Positions 9,070 through 22,100 of a DNA stretch of 64,000 nucleotides are shown here, one piece after another. Under the pieces are notes generated by a model that saw only the letters and a list, made by a program, of their open reading frames with translations, was not told the DNA's origin and did no database searches. Source of the stretch: Marsupella aquatica (Eukaryota > Plantae > Marchantiophyta). The position numbers and the translations under genes were made by a program. The DNA lies in contig OZ316898.1 of assembly GCA_973895155.1 (NCBI GenBank), forward strand, positions 2,765,927 to 2,829,926, written 5' to 3'. Each line of letters starts with the position of its first letter. The stretch's first letter is position 1.

Positions 9070-11877
9070 TTGGTGTAGACTTTCGACACCAAGAGTATTT
9101 AGGCAAGGGACTGGGTGGCTAGGTCCATCACTCAAAATCATCAGTATTTTAATTTACAGGTAGTTTAGTCACAATTCTTATTTTGGTTTACAAATCATTT
9201 TTGTACTCCAGGTACAAAATGTGCAGTCTGAGCAAGAGTCCGCATTGGAATGCAATCCATCTTGGTTGTGAAAGTCCATCTGAGAATGTTGGCAAAGTTG
9301 AGGACTTTCAATACTTTGAAAACACTTCAAAATAAACATTATGTTCATCTTTGATCCTCCAATGCAAGCATAGTTCTAGCAATTAAAAACTATAAGTCGC
9401 ACAGTCGCTTGGTTATTTTGTCTTGAAGAGAATGCTTCTTTATCCTGTTAGTGAATTCAGATATAAGTAGAAAAGCTATAGTAGTAGAAAAAAATTTAAA
9501 AATTTGTTTTTATAGTATTTGAGAATATTAAATGTTACATGATTAATAAAGTAAGCAATTAGTAACACAAAGGGAATAGGAAGAAGACATGAATAGTAAA
9601 ATTGTGTACATGGTCTGTACAAATGTTAAAATAGCAAAGAGGAGGATATTCTCCACTGTCAAGCAAGATCTTACTAAGGTCTCAGGTAGGGATCCTATGT
9701 AGCCATTCATTACTGCCTAATGAGGTACCTTCTCTAGTAATGAGTTGTTTTGGGTTGACCAGAGTAGGCCGGGCTGACAGAAATCTAATGAAATTATAAA
9801 TACTTCAAAGCATATTATTTGTCAGATTTGTGTACCTAGCACAGTAGACGAAGGGATTTGACTGGATGTGGTGAGGTTGAGGCTTAGAAACTCTTGGCAA
9901 TAGAAACATTTACAAAAGCCTAGAGTAGCTTTGGGTCCTTTAGAGGGTACAGTTGTACCTTCGTAGGCACTAAAAATCGATTTCAAAAGGAATAAAGAAA
10001 ATTTTTAGGGGGTTATGTCTATATTTTAAAAGTTAAGAAAAACAAAGAATAAACTCTCCGAAAGAAAACTAAAAGTTACATGATTACCTCTGAAAAGACT
10101 GCCCCGAGCAGGTCACAATTGGGTTGCGCTATAGCATAAGGGATAATGAGCCTGACACAAACCACCCCCTCCAAGGGGACGTCAAACGAAAAATCACCGT
10201 ATCAAAGTTGGCCAACAAAATCAGAGCCAACAAGGCAAACGGCAAGAGGAGCATATGACAGTACCTCTCTAGGTTCCATCTCACATGGGTTTGTAAGTCA
10301 TACCATATTAGTTTGGCCTTCTCTAGATTCTATATCATATGATTTACTATATCAGACCTATTTGGAAACTCACACTATGGTGCATGAGTGGTGCAACTTA
10401 AAAACAAATTGGGGCCCACATTGGTCACAGAAAACTTTTGGATTTTTTTTTGGATTTGAAAGCTTTTAGTCCTTACTTCTGATTTGGAAAAAAGCTTTAG
10501 ACACAAGACTTGCTCCACTCCCCCTCTGCCGAGGACACCGGCCCTATAGTCAGAAACCTGGTGGATCCAGGTTTTAGAGATGCGAAGTAGCGACTTAATT
10601 AAACTTCCACTATCCCCAAAGTAAAACCTGCAGGTAGATGTGGGTTACCAAAATTAGCTAATAATGTTCTTAAGAAAGTAAAAAAAAGTGTACTATTCTG
10701 TTCTCTCCTCACGTGGTGGAGAGTGGAGGTTATGGAAGCATGTGTTTGTCAAAACTTTCCTCTGTTATCAAATTCTATCTTGGATTTTATTCGTGCTCTC
10801 TACATTATTCTAGCTCATATTTTTCTTAAGATAGTCTTCCACTGGTCCACTCAAGATTCAGTTCAATCTCTGGTTTTCGTTTTTACTTTGGCCCCTTCTA
10901 GATTTTATTCTCATTTTTGAAGCTGTTACTTTGATCCCTTGTACATTTCTATTCTCTTTCTTTTCTACTTTCTGTCTCAATGTTGTACAAATTGGTTCTC
11001 TTCTCGAAATTAATGCTCCCGTGGACCGAGATGCAACCCCTATGGAAGGTGACAACTTTGACTTCTTCAATCATTGACACCCTTCTCATTTCAAAAAAGC
11101 ATTTATCTCCCTTGATATACAATGCAATTGGCTATTTGGGGCTCCTTCGAAGAGTCTTGGAAAGGTTTTCTAACCAGTCTCATATCTCTTGTTTTGATGA
11201 AAATTAAGAGTTACAAATTTCTAAAGATATCAATTACTCACTCTCCATACTTTGGGATTTTGAAGGTTTATGAGCAGCTAACCTTAACATTCAGTAACTC
11301 CTTAAATATCCACTGGAAACTGGTTTTGAACTTTTTTGTTACAAATGGCTTGAAAAAATCTTTTCAATCAGCCTAATGTCATCAAATTTCAGTGAGAATT
11401 GAGAGACCTATTTTAAATTTCACTAATAAGTGTAATATGTCTTGTGAGAGCAAAGGATCTCTCTCTCTCTCTCTCTGACCAAAGGGAAAAGTGTCAGACT
11501 GGAAGAATGGATCCACAGGCAAGAGATCCTATAAAAGGGGGACAAAAGGGAAGCCCCCCATTAAACCAGAGAAGGAAACCCACATGGTAGCAAACTACTA
11601 AAACCCTACCTGTCAGGCAGCAAAAGAAAAGCCTCTTAGAGCGCTGAAGTGAATTGCATAGAAGGGTGAAGAATATAAATTTGTATATGTTGAGCATTAC
11701 CCAACATTACCCAAGTACAGTACTTGACTGTGGTTAGACTAAATATGGTTACATACTAACTCTAGACCCAAGCGGAAATGAGTAACAGTAAAGAGGCCCT
11801 AAACCCAAGAGGACTGGCCCTATCAAGAATTGTGCAAAAATCTATACAAGCATTTTGGTAGATGTGGAGGTCCATCA

Positions 11878-12224
11878 TGTTAGGTTATGCCTCTAGTATA
11901 ACCTATTTACTTTCATAGTACTAGCTAGATTTTGGCAAACTAGGATAGCATTTGTTTGAGTTCCAGGTTCCCATAGACCATGGGAGGGGGTATACCCAAG
12001 GGGACACTTGAAGGTTCATTCTCTAGGAGAGAGAGTGAGGAGGTGAGAAGAGGAACTCTAGCACGTTGGCTATGGAGCAGGTGTAATCGTTGAGTACTAC
12101 GGGATTCCTCTTGTAGCCGTGGACGTAGCCCAAACGGGTTGAACCATGTATTTAGTGTCAAAGTCTATGGATGTCATTCACATGTGTTGATGCTCTCTCT
12201 TTCAGTCTAGATTTATTTCCAACA
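11878..12224 (+). mobile_element. Solo LTR (347 bp) of a copia family related to the element at 19103-25759
   Basis: TGTTAG...CCAACA termini with an exact 5-bp TSD CATCA (11873-11877 and 12225-12229). Internal ccgtggacgtagcc...tgaacca.gtat matches the reverse complement of the full element's LTR. Confidence 0.88.
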
Positions 12225-14451
12225 CATCAGGGCTTCACTTCCCTCTTCTTCCTTCAATCAGAAAAGCTGAAAAGTTAGCTTACATGCAGAGGCAAACTTG
12301 TGGTGGACTTTGGCAAAACATCATAAAGGACTTGGGTATCACCTTCCATAGTGTTAACTCGGAGGTCCCCTGTAATGGTTTATGACCATTTGCAGCCTAT
12401 TGCCGTTCACCGAGTGGTAAGTTGTTGTTCATGCCCCACTACTCAAGGCATCCTTCCCAAAAGTGGTCATTTGCAACTCATGCCAAACAATTCAAGGTGT
12501 CCTGCACAACAGTGAGACATACATATTCACTTGATTTGTAATATTCAACCTTCTTTGGGCTCATGGGAAAAGTAGCAGATGATCTAAGAAATGTCTCACA
12601 GTTTGTCAATTCATAGATTGGACATCAGATAAAATGCTTGCAAAATTTGAGAGTAAATAGAGATCCAAAGGTTATCCAGATAAATTGACAAGCTTCCCCA
12701 AAACCAGCAGTTGGCACCTACTCGCATCCCTTCCACTTGGTGGGGGCACCTGTAAAACTACTCCAATAGTTCTTCACAAAAGTGAAAAGTTTGCATCCAA
12801 AAGGGAGCTGGTCTTTCTGGTGTAAACTGGCTGATTACTTTCCAAAGTTCAAGGGATAAACTCAGTCCATCCTGGCTTTGGGCTTCCATTAAAGCCAAAA
12901 ACTATTTGCCCAAAAGCAGAAAACCTTTCCGTTCAAGACACACAAAAAACAGAAAACCTTTTAGAACCAATACTCGCTAGCTTAGATTGCCATGACTCCA
13001 CGAGAGGAGGCGAATCAGCCATTCGAATAAACTGCAATTTGTTCACCATCCACGTGATTGCCTTCTCCCTTCGTTTCCTTGCACGGGTGGGCAACACATT
13101 TGTACACAGTACCAACATCGAATCTGATCTACTGTAGTGCTTCAATCACATGCATTGCTATACGATGATTGAGAGAGTTTCTTATTAAACCTGGAATGGA
13201 ATCATCCCATACTTCGAACAGTTCCGAACCGCACCCAAGACGTTCAAGTGTACACGAATGGGCGATGTCAATCCCTTCTTCATGTTTTGCTCCTTTGTGT
13301 GTAATCTGAACATTCTCATCAGTTGAACTGCTTTGCTTTGGAATTTCTGTGGGCACATATCCAAAATCTGACGAAAGAGACCAAATATGAAGCAACACGT
13401 TCTGTTGCGATGACAGGCCGAAAACGACACACGTCACCCTCTTTCTTAGAAACGTGATTTCCACATCTCCATCAGATGCATCCAGGTGCCAGACCCAATT
13501 CTGCAGAAACTTGGAAAACAACCAATAAACCAGAAGGACGCCACGCAATTTTCACGTCTCACGTCAGAAACAGAAGGGGTTCAAGAAACCATGAGCACCA
13601 GACTAGACGAGTTGGTGCTCCTGCAGAAGAGAGAGTCGGACCTTCCAATTATTGCTCAAGCAGCAAACAAATGTTGCTGTCGCTCCTTCGACACAATATG
13701 TAACACCTGATTGGAGAAACGATGACCTCCAAATTCTCTAGATCTCTTGCAACACGAAGATCACTATTCTACAGCAAAAGTAATGGCCAGGATAGTCATA
13801 ACCTCCAGTCTTCGTCTACTAAGTAAAACCACACTTTTTGTGGTAGTGTGATAACAACCTGGAACTCGTTTATTCAGTACATGATATGCTTTACACCAGC
13901 TTTGAGAACAAAGCAGGAACACAACCAGGCTATTCTAGAAAGACCAAGAACTTGCTTCGGTGCACCCATGGCAGATCTAGTAGTCCACAATTGTGGAACT
14001 GAGGCTCCATATCTCGTGACTCTAATCAGATTTTATGATACCTTCGGAGAATGTCACGTGACTCTTATTATCTTTCACCGCACCGCCGGAGCAGTAAAGC
14101 GTTGCCTATCTTTCTCTACCCCAACACTGGAGTTACACTCAAACCGGTCGCAGCACTGGGAAGAGACAGTGGGCCACGAATGTGCAGCCAGTCAATCAAT
14201 ACTATACATGAATGGAGAATATCCTTTCCCTTCACAAACAGGAACATAGCAGGCTCCTCCATCTGGTAGAAGAAAGACACTATTTACAAATTCATCTGAC
14301 GGCCTGGCATTCTGTTCTGGCTCCGGAACTCTGCGAAGCTCCATTATGGCTCAAGTCGGTGGAGACTGTTATTGAGAAAGCAAAGAGCTCCTCGCCAGTT
14401 TTCGTTCGATGTTATTGCCAAAACCTTCATTTAAAATTTTCTTGATTTACA

Positions 14452-17400
14452 TCACCAATCTTCCTTCATGACCTTGGCCTTTTCAAGAATGTACTTGCCC
14501 TCCTTGTACTTCTGAGACTCGTCATAAGCCTTTTCATATTTCCAGCCAAGAACTTCCTGGCACTGAAAACATTTTATATCAGCAACTGTATGCAACCCTG
14601 TCATCAGCTGCCTATCTTCCTTTGGGCCCACCGATATGTTGACTACATTTTGAAACAGGTAAGCTCTGCCATTTCTTCCCTGTAAAATCAGCTTGAATGT
14701 ATTAATATTCATTGTAACGTTATAAATCAATTGATGACGATTCAATTCATTTAAGCCTTGATCGGCGCAAAGAGCTACACCATACCCGATACAACTTTTT
14801 CCTCTTCTTCGTTTCTCCTATCCTGACTCCTGGCTTCATCAATTCCGCACTTAACCCACCCACATCATCACTTCGACCGAGAAATCCCTACCAACTCCAA
14901 TTACAGGAATACAGATACATTCATTCTACAACCATCTTTATAACCTAGGTAGCGAGAGGTCTGTAGCAAGAACGAATTGGTTCACAAAGGAATGTCTCGG
15001 ATTGGAGCGGGGGTTCGACGGAGATTTTACGCACAGTTGATTTCATATCTCTACATTTTTTTTTCCCACATTCAGATCAATCGAGCACTTTAAAATCAAA
15101 GTCCTGAAACAGTTCTTTCAGAAATCAAAATTATGGGCATCAGAAGATGTTATGAACCTCTGTTCAGATTTCAGAAGCTCTCAAATGGTCCAGACAACCA
15201 CCGTATATCGTCGGATAAACCTTGAGAAGGACCAGAGGAAAGATCCGCACCATTTGAGGAACCGCATGCGAAGGATAGAAATAACTCAACTCAGTTAATT
15301 GTAGAATCAGAAGTTGATAGAATAAGGTTGATGTCAACGAAGATACATGTAGATTGCAATAGGAACCAGAAGTGATTTCCGCCAAGAAGAAATCTACCCG
15401 GACGATGGCTTGAGATACTGTAACGCAGGCTTGTCACCTAAAACCCATGTCGGGAAAGCCCAGAATATATTTGTGGACCAGAACGGTACAGGGGTTTCGA
15501 AGGCCAGTGGAAAACTGCATGATGACAACGGCGTAACGTTCGTTCATTGGAATGGGTCAAACTGAAATATGGAAAGCAATTAGTGGACACGTCGAATATG
15601 TCCTATCCAAGTGAATGTGCCCAGACGATAAGTATCAACAGACCAGATGCTGAAATTCTCGGACAAACACCAGAAAAATTGAATGACAGAAAAGAGACCA
15701 CAAACTATAACCGCAGATTACACCTCGAATGACTCTTGTGATCTAGGACGACAAACCCCTACGTGTGCCCTGACCGAGGAAATTCATCATAATTCTCAGT
15801 TTCAATAGAACCCAAGGGCACGTCTGTAATCAACCAGTGCGGCGAAAAAGTGACAAACAGGTTCACTGGATCAACTTGAAAAGCAACGTTATCCGAATGC
15901 TCGCTGACTGCTGCAGCGGAAGTCTCAACTGACCAGACCCTAATCCTCGAAGAAAGTTATATGCCAACCGAAGGAATTATAACCCCTCCGGCTACGCGCA
16001 TAGAATGGAGAGCAGGCGCCCGACCAGGAAATCCGTTTGTGAAACTCGCGGACCCAATTCTACTACAATTCGTCCGTCGCCGAATCACAATCTTTATAGA
16101 ACCATTGCTTCCGGGAATCGCAATTTATTTAATCTCCGCAACACTGATAGCAAGTGCGAGCGAAATCGTAGCAGAGAAGGGAAATTAGATCATTCTAAAC
16201 CTTCAAACGAGTCGAGACAAGATTGCAACCACACAATGGAAGAAAACTCGTACTGTATGAGACGCCAATAACACCAAAGGATCTCTAATCGCCGTCTGTT
16301 TAGGTGCAAATTCAAGCCCTCGCCAATGAGCGGCGGATTGTTGACATTATAAACCCGCCGGAGGCAGCACTTCCGGAAATGGAACCAGAGCACGCCGTTT
16401 GTTGACGCGGGTAATAACAAAAAGCATAACCAACTATTGTCAAAAACCAGAGCGAGTACGACGAGAAGCACTGTGTGAGAAATCCAAGCTGGCCAGAGCT
16501 GGGAGGCAACCGAAGCTGTCTAATCAGACCTTCAATTAGACCGAACCCAAACTCCAAAAGAGATAAACCTTAGGTCAATAGTAGTACTGAATTTGGACAT
16601 TAGAGCAGAAGACGTATTTCCGACCAGGATGCTAGGCGACGAACAGAGAGGAAGTGGGAGTTCAAAAGAACTATTCAGGCCCGCTAATTGAACAACAACC
16701 TGAATAGCGGGGCACGAATCGTGTGAGGGCCACCAATCATTTAAAACTGTTCCATTTTGATTATATTCAAATCACGAAACCCACTATGTGAAGAGAAAGG
16801 AAGCCGCCACAGCAATTTATGCCGCTTTAACACGAACAAAGTCAAGGAACGGTCATCAATTGAATAACTCAAGCACATTCTGCGGAAATTTCCAAACTCC
16901 AAAAGGCTACGATACACAGAAATGAAAGAAGAGCGAGCGCCCCCCCAAGGAAAATTGCGATGATTAGACCCGTCGCTCGCCAGACCAGAGCGAAATTGAG
17001 GTGCTAAACGTCGATTATCTTTTACTCTTTCGCTCGTTATGGTGGGGACTAGAGAGTGTCGAGTCCCGACGCCTTCCAGAAATAAAGAACTCCGGTATCC
17101 GCAAAATCGACGAATATACTTTGGGAGGTCAACACCCGAAGGAGTATTCGACAAGAGACGTCATCCATTCATTGTTCGTCAATTCAATAATTCTCTGAAA
17201 ATTCTTCTTGACTATCGTGCGAGACCAAGCAATGTTATGCTAGAGGAATAGCTCAATAACCACAAGAGCACTCGTGCTTGATCATACGTAGAATCTTCTG
17301 TTATCGATGAATAATGGGATGTAAAACTTCACCGATAGACTTCCAACCACCCTTCCTATCCGCAGTTGTGTTTTGCCATCCCTGTCCCGGTGGGTCTGGG

Positions 17401-18019
17401 ACCCGCGGACTAGATATATTAGAAGTCATAATTTAGTCAATTCTCTTCCCCCGCCCCCCCCCCGCCCCCCCACCCCAACCCGTCTGAAATTTATTCCTTC
17501 CCTTCCGAGACTGAACTGAGGAAGACCCACAAAGGTTCCTAGTGGATGGACACCCTGAGAAAGAATCGAATTTTGATTGGAAGGCAAAAAGAAGAAGCAG
17601 CCGCATTATCCAACTGTCTAGGAAAAACCACCGACCTACACGAAGGCCTGATAAGCAATCAAACAATCAAGCAAGACGGAGGAGCAGGAGGGCAGAGGAC
17701 CTGTGGCAAAACCCCGGAGAGGATGAACAGGGAAGCAAACCAAAACCCTCTGACCCAATTGCAACGACACCAACAGCGACGACAACAGCACGCAGAGGGA
17801 TGGGAAGCTGAATTTCCAAACAGTGCAACTCAATTCCATGACCAATCACTCGCCCTCAGTCGTCCAATTACGCTAGCAAACCATCACGACTCGAGCGACA
17901 CAGAGCGGGGCCGAGCAACGACGACCGACCTGGAACGCCTTGGAGATCACGTCGTCGTGCTCCGCCACATGGCAGCGGCAATTGCAGCAGCTGTAGATGC
18001 GAGGCCCGCACACCCCCAT
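14452..18019 (-). CDS. Protein yippee-like (YPEL family zinc-binding protein), 105 aa; exons 17930-18019 and 14452-14679
   Basis: Exon 1 (missed by the ORF track) reads [30 protein letters not shown]|GT. A 3250-nt GT-AG phase-0 intron follows. Exon 2 reads [75 protein letters not shown]. Both CxxC pairs and the GWKY/KYKEGK motifs are intact. Confidence 0.96.
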
Positions 18020-18560
18020 CCCCTACTCCCCTCCCTTCCTTCCTTTCTTCTGTTCGCCTTGTTCCAATCCTCTCCTCTCTCCTCCTTTCTCTCCCCCTCC
18101 CCACGAGCGAGAGAGAGCAGGGATGAGCTTTTCGCACGCCCACGAACCTCCTCTCTCCTCTGCCTCCCCTCCCCTCCCCTCCCCTCGCCGAGAGAGAGAG
18201 AGAGAGCGAGGAGCAGAGGACGGTGACGAAGCGAGAGACACAGAGTCTCCCTTGTCCTCGTCGTCCACGGAGGCAAGCAAACGGGCGGGCAGGACGGGAG
18301 ATCCGCCACGCCACGCAGGCATCACGAGGACGGGAGCAGGACGAGTAGTGTTATTCTGGGTTTTCCAACTCGGACGACGAGAGAGCCGTCATGAGAGCCG
18401 TCATGACCCACTCCCGCGAGGACGGGACGGGACGGGACGGGGCGGGACCGGTCCGACGGACGGACGGACGGACGAAAGCACGGGCCGACTTCGCTACACG
18501 GGAGTCAAATCCATCCGCGATTCCGCGACGTCAGATCATATAGATACGGCAGATAGATAA
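18020..18560 (-). promoter_or_regulatory. Yippee 5' leader/promoter with GA/CT tracts and (GGAC)n/(GGGAC)n repeats
   Basis: GC-rich, low-complexity region directly upstream of the ATG. ACGTCA and (A/T)TCCGCG motifs at ~18513-18533. Confidence 0.5.
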
Positions 18561-19102
18561 CGTATATGGGTTATTATTAATTATTATTATTATTATGCCA
18601 GGCCGTATCAACACGGTACTGAGTACTGTAGATAGATAACGCACCCAGCGCTATCCCGGCTGGCTAATTTAAATACATTGTTACATCATTTTTTAGAATT
18701 TTTTAGAATTTTGTGATGTAAATTTCAATAAATTATCTAATATTTTCATCATTCTTACCGTAAACACTGACACGATGATAGTTTGACACTGGGCTATTCA
18801 TTGAAACAACAAAATAATTAATATTTGCACAGGTCATGTGCAGATGGGGATCACACTATTGTATGTTGCTGCTATCAATATGGTACTGTGTGTCCTGTAG
18901 GTAGATAAAAACAATATAACATAGTGACTGAGGTTCCCTCTAAAACAGATCATTATCAAAATTTCAGTCCCTAAGATAAACTTGTGAGCAATGTTGTTGA
19001 ATAATTTACAATGAGCATTCTATTCTAGTGGACATATATACTAAGTGGACTTTCAAACAATTGTATTTATTAAACATACCAAAATATGTATATTCTCTTC
19101 TC

Positions 19103-22100
19103 TGTTGAACATAGACGACATTTGCAACGGCAAGCCCATGAACCATTCAACGCACAAGAGTCGACACAGAGAGATACGTGGTTCACCTCCACATGAGGCT
19201 ACGTCCACGGGAACAAACAAGAGCTTTACTACACTCTAGGCCGACTGGCCATACCAAGCATCCACAGCACAAGCTCTCCCTATCTCTCAACTAGCTCCGT
19301 AACAATGAGCCTAACTTCCACCAGGGTCTGGCATCAGCCCTGGCTATATGCAAAACAGCACTACTGCTAACATAGCTAAGTCCTAACCCGAGTTAGCCTA
19401 ACTGTGGTTAGCTCATGAGTCACAAGACTAGAGCAATATCTAACAAACTCCCCCTTGACTCTTGTCTTGGGGACTGGACTAAATGTTACTATATGGAATC
19501 CTCAGCGGGAAGTTCTAGACAATCACCAAACTAAGTTTCCCCCTAAAACCACAAGGGTTAACTAAGGGTTAACTAAAACTAAGTCGTAGCCTAACAGGAA
19601 TGAGTAATCCATATACAAATAATCACACATTACTAAATAACTCTACTTGTGCTACAACTGCAAAACCTGCAAAGTAGCACGGTGTCTTGAGAAACTCTCC
19701 AAAGGAATCACTTTGGTAAAGGCATCAGCGGGATTGAGCTTTCCATCAATCTTGACTAGCTCAAAAGTTTTATCAGACACTGCTTGCCTGATAAAATGGT
19801 ACCTGATATCAATGTGCTTCACCTTGCTATCCATCACCTGGTTAGCAGCCAAGTGAAGAGCACTTTGACTATCACAATTTATAGTCATTTTGCCATGCTC
19901 TAAACCCATCTTCGCGATCAACTTGTCCAACCAAATTGTTTCCTTTGCTGCTTCTGTTATTGCAACATACTCTACTTCTATAGTAGACTGAGAAATGCCC
20001 TTTTGCAAGGTAGATTTCCAACTGATACATCCTCCTCCAAGAGTGTATACAAACCCAGTTGTAGACCTCCTTGTGTCCAGACAACCTCCATAATCAAAAT
20101 CTACATAGCCAACCAACGTTCTATCTGATCTGTTATCAAATAATAATCCATAGTCCTGTGTTCCCTTCACATACCATCGCTAGGGCCAAGTCAGGCCTAG
20201 TACAAGTAATCAAATACATTAGACTGCCTACTGCCTTCTCATAAGGAATCTTAGTCATCAGACCTTTCTCCATAGCATCCGTAGGAGAGAAAGCCGATGA
20301 TAACTTGAAATGTGAAGCTAAAGGAATATTCATTGGCTTACAGTTTTCCATGTTGAATCGTGCAAGTACTTTCCTCGCATACTGGCCTTGACTCAAGCAC
20401 AACTGTCCAGTCTCAGAGTTCCTAAAAATCTCCATACCTAAGATCCTCTTGGCCTTACCAAGATCCTTCATCCTGAATTCAGCACTCAATTTTGCTTTGA
20501 GACTGTCAACCTCAGATTGATCTTTAGCCACAATCAGCATGTCATCCACATAGATCACCAGAATGATGAAATCAAATACATCATTCTTGACTGATTTTGT
20601 ATACACACAAGGATCATACACCATCCTTGTAAAACCTTGAGCAAGCATGAAATCATCAAACCGCTTGTTCCATTGTCTGGGAGATTGCTTCAATCCATAC
20701 AAGGACTTGAGCAATCTGCAAACTAAGTTCTCTTGGCCCTTCTTCATAAAGCCTAGTGGTTGTCTCATGAAGATCAACTCTTCCAAATTGCCATAGAGAA
20801 AAGCTATAACAACATCCATCTAATCCATCACCAGACCAACAAACACAACAAGCTGACACAAGATCCGAATTGTGGAATACTTAGTCACCGGTGAAAAGAC
20901 CTCATTGTAATCCACTCCTTTCTCTTGAGTGAACCCCTTGGCAACAAGCCTTGCCTTGTAGATCTTATCTCCACCCTCTGAAGGATTGTCCTTCAACTTG
21001 TAAATCCATTTGCTGACTTCTTGGAAGCTCCACTAGCTCTCATGTCTTGTTGTCACTCAATGATTGTAACTCCCTCTGCATTGCTGCATTCCACTCATGC
21101 TTCTGCTCTGAAGCACAAGCCTCACTGTACGAAGAAGACTCTCCTTCTTCCAAGATCAAAGCCATATCATCTTCATCGAGTGCAATGTCAATATCATCTA
21201 GCTTAGATGAGTCTGCCCATTGACCATACCTGGTCGGATCTCTAGTAGAATGACTGGAAGTACTTCTAGTAGATGACTCAGGCTCATCTACTGCTGCTAC
21301 TAGCTGATTTTGAGGTACATGAAGGAGAGATGAGAGATTAGTCATGAGCTGTTCATCTGCTGCTGCTGCTATCTGATCTGCTCCTCTTGTTCCATCACAG
21401 GAACCAGCTCCAAGCCCGGAGCTTCTCCATCTCTCTTGTCATGAACAACATCATGACTAATCTCCCCCTCAACCCGGTTCGGGATGGGAGATTTCCCCTT
21501 GTCAGTATGAGAGTCCTGAGAACTCTCCCCCTCCTTTGATGATCTGGATTCATTAAAGGATATATCTCTACTGACAATTAGTTTATAGGTTACTGGATCC
21601 CATAACCTATAACCCTTCACACCTTTCTGATAGCCAAGGAAAATGCACTTCTTTGACTTGGACTCCAGCTTGGATCGAAGCTGGGAAGATGTAAGCACAT
21701 AAACATCACATCCAAAAATCCTCAGATGTGAGTAATCTGCTAGACGCCCATACCTCATTTTAAATGGCATCTTGAATCCAATAGTACTGGATGGAGAAAA
21801 ATTTACCAAATAAGTTGCAGTGTTGATAGCTTCAGCCCAAAACTCATGTGGTAAGCATGATTGACTCAACATACTCCTCGAGCGGTCCAATAGTGTTTGG
21901 TTGAGTCTCTCAGAAATACCATTCTGCTGAGGAGTATAACTTGTTGTGACATGGTCGATAATCCCCTACTTCTTACAATACGTTCTAAATTCCCCGGAAC
22001 TGTATTCATCGCCGTTATTTGATCAAAGATATCTCACCTTATTACCAGTCTGATTCTCAACTTGGGCTTTCCACTCCTTAAAAGTGGCAAAAAACATCAG

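Noticed and set aside
12280-12505. Minus-strand acyl-CoA-oxidase-like words (C.ECG...YHSVN...VNTMEGDTQVL) between apparent splice sites
   Set aside because: It needs frameshifts and stops, and it overlaps a dispersed repeat better explained on the plus strand. A similar MEGDN word occurs by chance at ~11043.
13129-13710. 139-aa (-) and 74-aa (+, ending CCC..ICNT) ORFs
   Set aside because: Non-ATG starts and no recognisable family. Probably the yippee 3' flank.
17546-18560. Several 100-226 aa ORFs over the yippee 5' region
   Set aside because: Products of GC/GA low-complexity sequence overlapping the real 90-nt exon 1.
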